DNA of 64,000 nucleotides, taken from IMG/VR virus record IMGVR_UViG_3300035150_000049; one strand, written 5' to 3'. The translations under genes and the position numbers were made by a program. A model generated the notes under the pieces. It was not told where the DNA came from. It did not search any database and saw only the letters and a program-made list of their open reading frames with translations. The DNA is from an uncultured virus (IMG/VR IMGVR_UViG_3300035150_000049). Its lineage: Duplodnaviria; Heunggongvirae; Uroviricota; Caudoviricetes. Shown here piece by piece: positions 10,388-19,942 of this stretch (position 1 is the stretch's first letter; the number at the start of each line of letters is the position of its first letter).

Positions 10388-11300
10388 ACTCCTGCAATAC
10401 GCCGTTTAGCTCGTTTAATAGGTCTTGTGGATAAGTCGTTTGTCCGCCCATGCCATCACTCTGCGAGGCTTCAAACGCGCCGCGCCGCGCGTAAAGAAAC
10501 GCTGCCTGACGCGTGGTCACGCGATTAATACTTTCCTCCGGATAGAACACGTTAATGTCTGGTGTATCTGTCGTATGCGCAATGGCGGTTGTACCGTTTT
10601 GTTCTCGCAGCACCGTTAGGGTATTGGTAGCTGTATCGGTCGCCGTGATACGCATCCACTCCGCGGTTCCGCCTGTTGTCAATTGAATGAGTTGCCCATA
10701 GCTAAACCGCGGCGAAAAGCCGTAATAATCCGCGCCGTCTACATCGGCAACGGTGAGCGATGTTGCCGACGCCGCGATACCTGCTTGTAATTCACCGGCC
10801 TTTTGCCAAGCGCTGGTATAATCACGATGATAACCCCACGTATCGGCCACCGTAACTTGTGGCGTTCGACTCGTTGGACAATTCGCACACACAACCGTAT
10901 ACCACGTGTAGCTATACATGGCGCTCTCTGTCAACCAAAGGTATTGGTGTGGCGTTTCATAAGCCGTGCTCGCATAGGGTTGTACACCATAAAGTGAACT
11001 CGATACTTCCGTATTGTTGATTTTGAGCGATGAAAGCGCTAACAGCGGGTGAGGTAATTCAAGACTGCCTTCAGACAAATTCACATACCGGCTGTACATC
11101 GGGAAAGTTTCACTTTTCTTCCACGGCTCAAAATATTGTCGGCGCGTGCGGGGCGCCATTTTGATATTGATACGATGCGTTATCTGATCTAAAAAACGCG
11201 ACAACCACGCAACATCCGTTGCGCTATAAGCATCCGCTCCTTGCGTCGCGCGCTGCGTTTTGAGTTCTCGAATGACATCTGCTAATGATGCGTAGCTCAT
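10371..11300 (-). CDS. head-tail adaptor (gp6/gp15-like) with inserted domain
   Basis: N-terminal MSYASLADV, VTV...WGY, C-terminal helix RQAAFLYARR. Confidence 0.6.
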   Translation of the reverse strand: MSYASLADVIRELKTQRATQGADAYSATDVAWLSRFLDQITHRINIKMAPRTRRQYFEPWKKSETFPMYSRYVNLSEGSLELPHPLLALSSLKINNTEVSSSLYGVQPYASTAYETPHQYLWLTESAMYSYTWYTVVCANCPTSRTPQVTVADTWGYHRDYTSAWQKAGELQAGIAASATSLTVADVDGADYYGFSPRFSYGQLIQLTTGGTAEWMRITATDTATNTLTVLREQNGTTAIAHTTDTPDINVFYPEESINRVTTRQAAFLYARRGAFEASQSDGMGGQTTYPQDLLNELNGVLQEYVNAW

Positions 11301-11863
11301 CCGAATCGCTCCAAATAATCATCAATCAACGATGCGTGTAAGTTAGCGAGTTCTTCACTTGCAAATTCAGCGATACGGTCTTCTGTGTCTCGAAATGTCG
11401 CATCGGTAATATTCGGCCATCCCGTGATGGCGTGAAACCGCTGTTGATCTTTCCCGATGACATATCGCGCGGCTGGCGCTGAATTTTCAATTGTAAACTC
11501 GCCGCTCGCGTCCGATTCAATCCGAGTACGTACTTCCCAACTTTCCTCAAGGATACCGGTACGAGGCGACGGAATACCACGTCCAAATCCATTAGTAGCA
11601 AAATAAGCTGCCTTTTGTTTGCTATAGTATCCAAAGCGCGTATTAGGTGGCCTGTTCTGCTGTTTGGCAGGCGTCCACTGAATAGGATGCTTCGCGGGCC
11701 CCGGCGTTAGTGCTTTAATCTCACTTTTTGCAAACCGTGTCACACGCCGCGCCGCCGATGGAATTTTGCGCCGAAACAAATCAGGGGCAATGCGCGCGAA
11801 TTCAACAAAATCTTGTCCCGCGATCGGCGTATTCAGCGTAAAAGTCGCTTTAGCTCCCGGCAT
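11297..11863 (-). CDS. neck/head-tail joining protein (HK97 gp10-like)
   Basis: RTGILEESW...IENSAPAARYV motif; position in the connector block. Confidence 0.55.
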   Translation of the reverse strand: MPGAKATFTLNTPIAGQDFVEFARIAPDLFRRKIPSAARRVTRFAKSEIKALTPGPAKHPIQWTPAKQQNRPPNTRFGYYSKQKAAYFATNGFGRGIPSPRTGILEESWEVRTRIESDASGEFTIENSAPAARYVIGKDQQRFHAITGWPNITDATFRDTEDRIAEFASEELANLHASLIDDYLERFG

Positions 11864-12125
11864 ACATTATCCCCGAATCGTGCGCCTTTCTAAGTGCCTC
11901 ACCCGAAATCGCCAGCACCTGTACCAGCGGGCGAAAGGGCGAAAACCATAGAATAAACAAAATGGCAGCAACCCACACCGATGTACAGAATACGCAATCA
12001 AACAAGCCGCCGGGATTACACATGGCGCGTAGTTGCTCAAAGATGCGATATGGCCCTGCTTCGCTCGTGAGCATGTAGGAGAGCCGCCACGTAGCAATAC
12101 TTAGAATATCAAAATCGTTATTCAT
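11850..12125 (-). CDS. small membrane protein, DUF1360-like
   Basis: ATWRLSYML...GP...GLFDCVFCTSVWVA. Confidence 0.6.
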   Translation of the reverse strand: MNNDFDILSIATWRLSYMLTSEAGPYRIFEQLRAMCNPGGLFDCVFCTSVWVAAILFILWFSPFRPLVQVLAISGEALRKAHDSGIMYAGS

Positions 12126-13822
12126 TTGAAGACCTCCGGGAAAATATCAATCCACAGCTTTTTTACCTGGGCGTCAAATGAATAATTCTTTACGACAATC
12201 TCCTGTGCCGCTTTGGCAATAGCAGTGCGCCGGCTTTCGCGCCGGCCATCGAGCCAATAAGTAAGCTTATCTTTCAAGTCGTCCAAATTATCCCACCCGA
12301 TATAGTGTTCGCCATCAATCAGACCTGGATTATAGCGCTCGAATTCCGGCGTGATTTGCTGAAGCAGCAGCGCGCCGCCTACCGCTAAGACCTGAAAAAA
12401 GCGATTGCTTACAAATGCGCTTGTGCCAGGGAAAGTATCTCCAACGGCAAGCCGCGCGTTTTTGTAAAGCGCGACTCCCGGCGCAAAGTCGTAGAGATTT
12501 TGTCCGTCCGCCTGCTGCCAGCCGCGTCCGTAAATACCTACCGAGGCGTTAGTGTTGCGTAGCGTCTCGTAAAGCGCCTGGCGTGGCGCGTTGTAGTTGT
12601 TGCCAAGAAACACAATGTCATAAGCTGGCATATTAGGTAAATCGCCCACCGGCTCTTCATAGGATACCTGCCAATAACGGGTTTCGGTTTCGTATTGCTT
12701 TAGCCCGGCGGCGTCCACGATCAACTGCAAATCGATCTCTCGCATAAGCGCTTGATAGGATGGAGCAATCTGTCGCGTCGCGTCGCCGTGCCAGTTCACC
12801 ACACGCAAGCCCTCATAAGCCGCCTTACACGCCTTGATAGTCCCGGCGTTGATCGTTCGCGCATCGTGCAACTGCGTAAAAAGTAGGTCGGGTTGCCAGT
12901 GTCGAATAATCTGCGGCAAGCGCGCTGAAATGTTTTTGGTATTCAGGTAGTCGATTTCCCATACCAACCCAACACGCCGAAACGCCTCGCGCAACCCGCG
13001 TTTATTCGCGTGCTGTACCGGATGCCCAGGCTCATAAATCGGCAAATACAGAATACGCAATTGCCGGGACTGCGGCGACTTGATACGCGGCGCGGCAGGG
13101 AATTTTGCACAATTAGGGAACCGCCGGCGAAATAACTTAGAATCGGTGTGTTGGCCGCCGTAACTCTGATTGTCTACCAGCCTCAGCACATCATTGGCGA
13201 CATGATCTTCACAACGCGCAGTGGGGAGTTCATCGATCGTGTATCCCTCTTCGACAATACGCGCCGATAAAAAATTATCACCGCCGTATTTTCGTGCTTT
13301 GCTCATAATTTCATCATTTGCACCCCACCACCCCACGGCGTCGCCGAGCCATTTTCGGAACATACCGACCTGCGCATAAGGCATTGTCCATTCTTCGCCA
13401 TCTGCCGTTTCAATGCACTGCATTTGGGTCTTATAGTGGTCTCTGGGATAGTTTTCGTAAATCGGACGATTATCCTGGAACGCCACAGCGCCACAGCGCG
13501 CGTTATTTTCAAGGTGTACAAATGCCGCCGTAATCGAGCCGGGATGAAAAGCGATATCATCATTTGCCATCACGACATAATCGCCACGCGCCCGGAACGC
13601 GCCGCGCGTAAAAGCTGAAATCGCGCCAACCAAATTACCGTCTTCGATCAATACGGTATCAGCCTGTTCGCGCAACCATTCAAGACTGCCGTCGTCTGAC
13701 CCGCCATCCACGATTACAAATTCGTGGTCAAGGCCACGCGGAATACACGCCCGCGCAGACTGCATCATGTTTTTTAGATATTCAATCCGGTTGTAGGTGC
13801 CGGACACAATCGAAATATTCAT
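12122..13822 (-). CDS. two-domain glycosyltransferase (GT2 + CgeB/Glyco_trans_1_2-like)
   Basis: ISIVSGTYNR, VIVDGGSDDGS and MANDDI (GT-A fold); C-terminal DIVFLG...IYGRGW...SNRFFQ...GEHY (GT-B, CgeB-like). Confidence 0.9.
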   Translation of the reverse strand: MNISIVSGTYNRIEYLKNMMQSARACIPRGLDHEFVIVDGGSDDGSLEWLREQADTVLIEDGNLVGAISAFTRGAFRARGDYVVMANDDIAFHPGSITAAFVHLENNARCGAVAFQDNRPIYENYPRDHYKTQMQCIETADGEEWTMPYAQVGMFRKWLGDAVGWWGANDEIMSKARKYGGDNFLSARIVEEGYTIDELPTARCEDHVANDVLRLVDNQSYGGQHTDSKLFRRRFPNCAKFPAAPRIKSPQSRQLRILYLPIYEPGHPVQHANKRGLREAFRRVGLVWEIDYLNTKNISARLPQIIRHWQPDLLFTQLHDARTINAGTIKACKAAYEGLRVVNWHGDATRQIAPSYQALMREIDLQLIVDAAGLKQYETETRYWQVSYEEPVGDLPNMPAYDIVFLGNNYNAPRQALYETLRNTNASVGIYGRGWQQADGQNLYDFAPGVALYKNARLAVGDTFPGTSAFVSNRFFQVLAVGGALLLQQITPEFERYNPGLIDGEHYIGWDNLDDLKDKLTYWLDGRRESRRTAIAKAAQEIVVKNYSFDAQVKKLWIDIFPEVFK

Positions 13823-14718
13823 TGCGTTTGCCTCTTATGCCAGTTCACAATCATCTGTCCGCGCGCGTCCCAAGTATGCGGCGCTGCCCAAGCTTGCGAC
13901 TGACGAATTAATTTTTTAGCCTCTTCTGAATTTTGCTTGTAATACATTGCCAACTGAGCCGCGTGCTGCGGCGTCTCGAACCATAAATACCCTTGCGGTT
14001 GTGGTTCGAATAATGCCCGATCTTCACACGGTCCCGACAACACGATACACCCCTGCATAGCGTTTTCGAAAAATCGGTAACTCGCGCCGCTGTGTCCGTG
14101 CGTTGAAGTGACGACGGCGAAACGTGCGTTATTGTAAATTTCGGTGTACTCCTGGTAAATCGGCCCGTGCGCAACTTCGACACTTAAGCCGGCAAATTTA
14201 CAGGCGTCCATCACGCCGCGGCGATCGGTATGCAATGATCCTACAAATGCCACGTCGTAGGCGCGGTGTTCAAATGGAATTTTCGACGGCGTGTGCCAGA
14301 CAGGATCGTAAGCATTCGGCATCCACGTATAACTTCCACCCTCGACATAAGGCATCGCTTTTGCGTGATAGTGTGCCACAAAATAATGGTCATAACTCGG
14401 ATGTACCAAATTCGTGACATTGTTGCACGTGTTATAGCAATAGTGTGGTACATTCGAATAATGCTTGTGTCGCCACGCCTTATCCGTGTAGGGGTCGGTT
14501 ACCAGGATAAAATCAGGCCGCCAGTCGCGCCAATGCATATCATAATCACCAGCAGGTTGATGGACATAACGTGCATCACAGCGTCTATCACCCCAGCCCG
14601 TATCGACGCCACGCGGCTTACCAATCGTACGCACGTCGTGCCCCTGTCGGCGCAATCCATCGGCAACATATCGCCCGGTACTCACTGGAAAGTGATGGAA
14701 GGCCATTAAGATATTCAT
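13819..14718 (-). CDS. glycosyltransferase, CgeB/Glyco_trans_1_2-like
   Basis: NAYDP, YDVAFVGS, YNNARF, YRFFENAMQG, HTWDARG. Confidence 0.85.
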   Translation of the reverse strand: MNILMAFHHFPVSTGRYVADGLRRQGHDVRTIGKPRGVDTGWGDRRCDARYVHQPAGDYDMHWRDWRPDFILVTDPYTDKAWRHKHYSNVPHYCYNTCNNVTNLVHPSYDHYFVAHYHAKAMPYVEGGSYTWMPNAYDPVWHTPSKIPFEHRAYDVAFVGSLHTDRRGVMDACKFAGLSVEVAHGPIYQEYTEIYNNARFAVVTSTHGHSGASYRFFENAMQGCIVLSGPCEDRALFEPQPQGYLWFETPQHAAQLAMYYKQNSEEAKKLIRQSQAWAAPHTWDARGQMIVNWHKRQTQ

Positions 14719-15563
14719 ATCTTACCCTCCAGTGTGCGCTTGACATTTGCACCAAAATTAAACTCAAAACACAAGCGCTTGCTAAGTGCTGTTGCTGTAC
14801 CGCGAAACGCCGCATTGTTAAGTAGGTCTTTCGCACGTTGCGCTAGCGCGCTATACGCTGCGCTTTCAAAATCGGCGTCTTGCATTGGGTATGCATCGTG
14901 CATTCGTTCACTCAGAAGCGGTAATCCGGCACAGGCCGCAAGCGCGAAACGTTGTACAGGTACACACGGGAAGCGCGTATGTTGGTGAATATGCAGCATC
15001 ATTTTAGAATGCGCCAGCACATCGTTGCGCACGTCTCCCCAGCCGTTAGGCGCAACCGACAACCCAAGTTCTTTAAGCTGCGTGATGACGGCGCTGCGAC
15101 GCTGTGGTGCAAGATAGGCAAGCAGCGCAACATCCCACTTTGCACGCGCCGGCGTGTAGGTCGCCTCAACTAATTTTGGGTGTGAACCAAATGGTACATA
15201 GCGCACACCAAGTTGCTGCGCGTACCATCGGTCGGAAGTCCAGTATTCGGACACGCCGGGAATTTGCGGACATTCGTCGTACCATTCGAGTAACCACGCA
15301 ACGATTTTAGCTTTCGGATTTTCCCAGCCATTCGACCATTCGCCGTTTACCGGCGTGATGATATAGATGTTGTCGCTATCCGGGTCAAGCTCGCCCACCG
15401 CACAAATCGGATAATCGGCAAGCTCAACAAGCCGCCAGTAATCCGTATAACTATCATAGTGGTGTTGAGTTTGAGCAAAGATCGGGTTAATCATCTTCAA
15501 TGCCCCATCGCGCGTCCCAGAAACCATCAATACGCTCTTGTCCCGTCCGAATAAAGGTTTCAT
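14715..15563 (-). CDS. glycosyltransferase (GT-B-like); true start may be the downstream Met of MINPIF
   Basis: WDVALLAY...RR, GWGDVRNDVLAHSKMMLHIH, QRFALAACAGLPLLSE. Confidence 0.7.
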   Translation of the reverse strand: MKPLFGRDKSVLMVSGTRDGALKMINPIFAQTQHHYDSYTDYWRLVELADYPICAVGELDPDSDNIYIITPVNGEWSNGWENPKAKIVAWLLEWYDECPQIPGVSEYWTSDRWYAQQLGVRYVPFGSHPKLVEATYTPARAKWDVALLAYLAPQRRSAVITQLKELGLSVAPNGWGDVRNDVLAHSKMMLHIHQHTRFPCVPVQRFALAACAGLPLLSERMHDAYPMQDADFESAAYSALAQRAKDLLNNAAFRGTATALSKRLCFEFNFGANVKRTLEGKI

Positions 15564-16593
15564 TGTTCAACGCTTCCGGTAGCGCAACCTGCGGGCGATA
15601 GCGATTATTTCGCTCACCTATACCCATCGCGTGGCCCAGCGCTGTTAACGTCGTAATTGGCTTTGTTTCTTCTATCGACGCTTCTTCCCACGCCGGTGTC
15701 TCCGGTAGCGGCGGCGGGGCGGGTGTTTCGACTTTGCGTACTCGATTCGGCGCGGCGCGTGCATCTGCCGGGGCTACCCAAATCATACGCGGCCATTTTG
15801 TGCGCGGGTAAAGCCGCTGTGTTATCGGACCTTCCCAGTTTGTTTTATTTTTCCAAAGTACCTGCACCAACACGTCACCGGGTTGTTTTGCGCCCATCGG
15901 CGTTTTGACCGTTGACCCTGGCTTATTACAGCATCCCATTAGTTTTTGGCCTCCATAGCGCTCTTGTATCGTTCGTGATGCCTCTTTAAAATCGGGGTGT
16001 TGTATCCATCGCAATGACCGAGAGTTCGGGTTGCTGTGGTATCGAAATAAAGGTTTTGGAAGATGTAAGCCGCAACACCCAAGCGCTTGCAGTTTCCAAT
16101 AAAACGCCGTGTCCTCTGAGCCGTGCCGGTAGGCTTCATCGAAGCCGTCAATGTGTCGTACCCAGTGCGCCGGGAGCAGTGTTGTAACCACATGCCACGC
16201 GCCGCCGCCGTGCCAAACTTTTTTATCGCCTTCGCGTTTCCAACCGCCCCCCGGCTCAAAAGCTTCACCAGTCCAACAATGATCCGGTGGGCAGTGTTGC
16301 GTTTCACCTTCAAACCAATCAGTATAAACATATCGGTTTGGCCACGCGCCGGCTTGTAGGCATTCTTCGGCAAAGGTTGACTCAAGTTCATCGTCGGCGT
16401 CTAGAAAAATCACCCACCTCGTTTGTACTTTTTCTAATCCCCGGTTGCGCGCCCACGCCGGGCCTTTTTTTTCATTGTCTACGATGACAAACACGTCCAC
16501 GGGAACGGTTTGTTTTTTTGCGCTGGCGTGGGCGCGTTCGACGATGCTCAGATGTGACGGCCCAACCGGGATTACGACTGAAACTTCATTCAT
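15487..16593 (-). CDS. glycosyltransferase family 2 with C-terminal extension
   Basis: VSVVIPVG, GPAWARNRG, IFLDADD, GFDE...EDTAFY. Confidence 0.9.
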   Translation of the reverse strand: MNEVSVVIPVGPSHLSIVERAHASAKKQTVPVDVFVIVDNEKKGPAWARNRGLEKVQTRWVIFLDADDELESTFAEECLQAGAWPNRYVYTDWFEGETQHCPPDHCWTGEAFEPGGGWKREGDKKVWHGGGAWHVVTTLLPAHWVRHIDGFDEAYRHGSEDTAFYWKLQALGCCGLHLPKPLFRYHSNPNSRSLRWIQHPDFKEASRTIQERYGGQKLMGCCNKPGSTVKTPMGAKQPGDVLVQVLWKNKTNWEGPITQRLYPRTKWPRMIWVAPADARAAPNRVRKVETPAPPPLPETPAWEEASIEETKPITTLTALGHAMGIGERNNRYRPQVALPEALNNETFIRTGQERIDGFWDARWGIEDD

Positions 16594-16616
16594 AGCCTCA
16601 TTGCCTCATTAGTCTC

Positions 16617-16690
16617 TCAAAAAACGAGGTGAGCGGGCGAGAGAGGCCATCACACCGCTTGTCCGCTAGCAGGACAGCCCACCTCGTTTA
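16617..16690 (-). terminator. branched stem plus U-tract after the major capsid gene
   Basis: Minus strand: AAACGAGGTG...CACCTCGTTTTTT enclosing two internal hairpins. Confidence 0.55.
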
Positions 16691-16696
16691 AGGTCG

Positions 16697-18139
16697 TTAG
16701 CTTGTGCGGTAGCTTACGCCACCATCCGCGTACATCGACTCGCCACTGTACGGATCGCGTGTCATGTCGGTATCGTAGGTGAAGGTGATGTCGGTGATTT
16801 TCCCCGCCAGGAACGGCGTATCCAAAATCAGGCGCATCCGCGAGGCGAAGTGATATTCGTTGCACATGGCGGTTTCTTCAACGCCGGCCATCCACAGCCC
16901 GTTATTGTACGCAGCGCGACGCCCCTCGACCGGGAAGTTCGACGCCTCCGTTGCATAGGGGTTGTCCATCGGGAAATATTCAAGATATGTGAGTGGACGG
17001 CCCTTGCCACTGATGGGCACGAAATAGATATCCGTGCGGAATGTATCCTGCGCCGTGCCTTCCAGATCGATGCCAGTTGAGAAAATGACCGGGTATTCGA
17101 CGCCATCCACAAGGATGTATTTTCCGGTTCGCATTCCATCACGGAGGCGGATGAAATCGCTGCCCTCGATGTTCAGGCGCGTATTCGTGCCGTTGACGCT
17201 ACATCGCGAACTCGCATAGTTGCACGCGATGTAATCGGTAATGCGACGGAACAACTCTTTACGCATCACGACCGCCAACACGAAGTCGTTAACCGTGTTG
17301 TCTTCGGCACGTGTGTTAAGCGCGTAGATCATATCATTCAGCGCGTCTTGGATGTATCGGCTTTCGGCATCGCCGGGGATGGTATTTCCCAACGCGGCTT
17401 CAAAGTCCAACACGTAACTATCAACCGCCGGGCACTCCTTGCTAGTCACGGCATCGGTATACCCCGTTTTGATAAGACGGTCAAGACCGTCAAACTCAGA
17501 AATAAACCCAAGCTGCGTGTTGACGCTGGTTAATGTGCTGTTACCCTGGATAAGGACGCGCTCCAGTGTCAATTCAACACTTTGACCAAAAAGCCATAGG
17601 TTGTATTGCAGCACCGATTGCGTATCGTCAAGGCGGTACATAAAATCGGGGATAAGCGGATTTTCGCCCGGCCCCGCGTTGATGATCTGGCGCGTTACGT
17701 CTGCGTAGTTGCGCACCTGCCCCACCTTCGGGATTGCGTTCAACTTTGTCTTGCCGTAGTAATCGCCAAAAATGATATTCTGCCGACAGACTTTCATATC
17801 GCCGGTCACGTCGGGCGGATCGGCGCAAAAGCCGGTCGCGTTTGTGCCGCTGCCGGGGGTTACGCCGGTCTGAATTTCGAGCAGTTCATTATAGTTGAAA
17901 CTACGCATCGGCGCTTGCAGGGCGCGCACCAACGAACGCGGGCGAGTCATCGCTGACCACATTTCAGGACGCACGCCCAGGCCCGACAAAACCGACCAGT
18001 TACCCGAACTGTCGGTTAGCGGCCCATGCAGTTGACCACCCGCCGGAAGCGTGGTACTTGCCGGCGTGTTCTTTCGTACTTCGTTGAAAATCGCCGCAAG
18101 CTCTTTAATTTGTTCTGTGGTGAAAGCTTTTTCTTCCAT
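16697..18139 (-). CDS. major capsid protein
   Basis: 480 aa after protease and scaffold; EFDGLDRLI motif typical of HK97-fold capsids; followed by a terminator. Confidence 0.8.
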   Translation of the reverse strand: MEEKAFTTEQIKELAAIFNEVRKNTPASTTLPAGGQLHGPLTDSSGNWSVLSGLGVRPEMWSAMTRPRSLVRALQAPMRSFNYNELLEIQTGVTPGSGTNATGFCADPPDVTGDMKVCRQNIIFGDYYGKTKLNAIPKVGQVRNYADVTRQIINAGPGENPLIPDFMYRLDDTQSVLQYNLWLFGQSVELTLERVLIQGNSTLTSVNTQLGFISEFDGLDRLIKTGYTDAVTSKECPAVDSYVLDFEAALGNTIPGDAESRYIQDALNDMIYALNTRAEDNTVNDFVLAVVMRKELFRRITDYIACNYASSRCSVNGTNTRLNIEGSDFIRLRDGMRTGKYILVDGVEYPVIFSTGIDLEGTAQDTFRTDIYFVPISGKGRPLTYLEYFPMDNPYATEASNFPVEGRRAAYNNGLWMAGVEETAMCNEYHFASRMRLILDTPFLAGKITDITFTYDTDMTRDPYSGESMYADGGVSYRTS

Positions 18140-18143
18140 TGAA

Positions 18144-18839
18144 TTATTCCTTTTTCAGCCAAAGGCCCAGGTGTTCGTCAAAGACCTTATCGGTGTTTTC
18201 CATTTCTTTTTTAACCTCTTCTGAGACCTCATCGGGGCGCGCCAGTGTATCGGCTGATACGGATGCGCGCGGGCGCATTGCGAGTTGTCGTTTAACGCCT
18301 TTGATGTCATCCGCGAGCGCTTTTACCGCACTCGCCAAGCTGCTCACCACGCCAAGCTCTTCCTTGATAGCTTTGTAACTATCACTCAAAATCTCGATCG
18401 TTTCGGCGTCATCAACTGTTTCGCCAATCAAGCGATCAAGCAACACATGAAGTTTCTCTTGTTGCTGATACTGCTTTTCGCGGAATTCAGCGAGTGCCTT
18501 CATATCATCCTCGCTCACCGGTGTTTCGCTCATTGCCATCTGCTCTTCTTCCGTCACATCGACTTCCGCCGACATAAACATTTCTGCAAGTTGCGCGGCA
18601 ATGCCGCGCGCAATGTCCACCACGTTTTCGGGCGTTGCTTCGCCCATCGCTTCGTTGATGGCCTCGGCGATAACACCGGCAACCTTTTCTTCGTCGATTT
18701 CCATTTTGAGTTGCTTATGCGCGATGCCGTTGCTATCCAAAATCGCCGCGATAGTCTCAAAAGATTCTTTAAGTTTTTCTGCGGCTTCGTCGTCGAGCTT
18801 CATTTGTCGTTTCAGAATTTCAAACCGTCCAATTTTCAT
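18144..18839 (-). CDS. capsid scaffolding protein
   Basis: Acidic helical ORF between protease and capsid genes. Confidence 0.6.
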   Translation of the reverse strand: MKIGRFEILKRQMKLDDEAAEKLKESFETIAAILDSNGIAHKQLKMEIDEEKVAGVIAEAINEAMGEATPENVVDIARGIAAQLAEMFMSAEVDVTEEEQMAMSETPVSEDDMKALAEFREKQYQQQEKLHVLLDRLIGETVDDAETIEILSDSYKAIKEELGVVSSLASAVKALADDIKGVKRQLAMRPRASVSADTLARPDEVSEEVKKEMENTDKVFDEHLGLWLKKE

Positions 18840-19774
18840 GCTATTACTCCTGCTAATGTCAGCGCGTTGGCGGCGCGCACTAGCGGTAAAACCGTCGTTT
18901 CAAATTTTTCAATATGATGGTAAACCCCATCAATCGTTTTTTTATTTTGGTCAAAATCAAACCCGTGAGATGCCCCCCATTCCATATCTGGGTGCGCTTC
19001 GATATAATCCCAACGCTTGCGCGCATAGGGTGTATCGAGTTCTGCGGCGACCTCTACTAAAAAAGAGCCGATCATTTCGGCGAACGTAATGCAGCCGATG
19101 GGTGCACCGCGATGTCCGAACAATAAAAAATTATTCCCCTTCCATGCATCGCCCTCCCACTGACTTTCAACGTATTCGCTCAGCGCCTTTGTCGTAATGG
19201 TTTCACATTCACGATCTTCGTAAGAATTTGAAGTTACCAAAAACATGCGGCGCAAGCCGCTAGCCTGTTTAAAAATCGTCAACTCCATCGCAACAGGTGT
19301 ACCCTTACGCGGGTTATATGCCCAATTCATGAGACTGATATCCCGCTTGCTGTACGGTACATCCGCGCGCACCGGTTTACCCTGCTCTGCGTTGCGCATC
19401 CGAGACACGAACGCAATGGTGCGGTTGGCGTCGGTAATGTCGCGCGCGGTCCAGTCCGCTTTCGGAGTGCGCAGTAGGCGTAAATTGCGTTTGATGGGTG
19501 CGTTGCTCAAACTCGCCAAGCTGCTATATTCTGTTTCTGCCCACCGCTCCAGCTCCGATGCTGACATATTCACGATATCGTGGTATTTGGCAAAGACTTC
19601 ATCCAATTCGTCAGGGTCAACCGCTTTGCGTTCCGAAGATTCAATTGCTGCGATTTGCAAGACAGCGTCCGTGCGTGTGACATGACACCCCAGCGCAGAC
19701 CCAACTGGCCTACCATTCGCGCCACGTTTATACACACAATATTTGTTTGGCCTGTCTACGATCATATAGGGCAT
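18836..19774 (-). CDS. prohead protease-like protein with N-terminal DUF3140-like domain
   Basis: VNMSASELERW...WT...ISLMNWAYNP (DUF3140-like); C-terminal SYEDRECE...LLFGH...PIG...GASHGF (HK97 protease-like). Confidence 0.65.
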   Translation of the reverse strand: MPYMIVDRPNKYCVYKRGANGRPVGSALGCHVTRTDAVLQIAAIESSERKAVDPDELDEVFAKYHDIVNMSASELERWAETEYSSLASLSNAPIKRNLRLLRTPKADWTARDITDANRTIAFVSRMRNAEQGKPVRADVPYSKRDISLMNWAYNPRKGTPVAMELTIFKQASGLRRMFLVTSNSYEDRECETITTKALSEYVESQWEGDAWKGNNFLLFGHRGAPIGCITFAEMIGSFLVEVAAELDTPYARKRWDYIEAHPDMEWGASHGFDFDQNKKTIDGVYHHIEKFETTVLPLVRAANALTLAGVIA

Positions 19775-19788
19775 CGGGTAACCCCAAA

Positions 19789-19827
19789 TAAAAAAAGCCG
19801 CCGTCCAAATTAATGAACGGTGGCTTT
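19789..19827 (-). terminator. intrinsic terminator just upstream of the protease gene
   Basis: Minus strand: AAAGCCACCGTTCA TTAATT TGGACGGCGGC TTTTTTT. Confidence 0.65.
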
Positions 19828-19845
19828 CGCGGCGTTCTATGTTTT

Positions 19846-19899
19846 GCGGCGCTCTCTTTGAGCGGTGGCGTAGCGCGGCGCTCTCTTTGAGCGGTGGCG
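19846..19899. repeat. perfect 25-bp tandem direct repeat (period 29)
   Basis: GCGGCGCTCTCTTTGAGCGGTGGCG at 19846-19870 and 19875-19899. Confidence 0.95.
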
Positions 19900-19942
19900 C
19901 TTAAGGTTGTTTCTAACAGTTTATATCAACGGTAATTTTGTG

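Noticed and set aside
12122..16593. Glycosyltransferases as DNA-glucosylating enzymes
   Set aside because: No hydroxymethylase or TET/JBP gene was recognised, and the genes sit in the late structural operon rather than with replication genes. Disfavoured, not excluded.
19846..19899. Possible CRISPR mini-array
   Set aside because: Only two repeats separated by 4 nt; no spacer-length sequence and no cas genes recognised.
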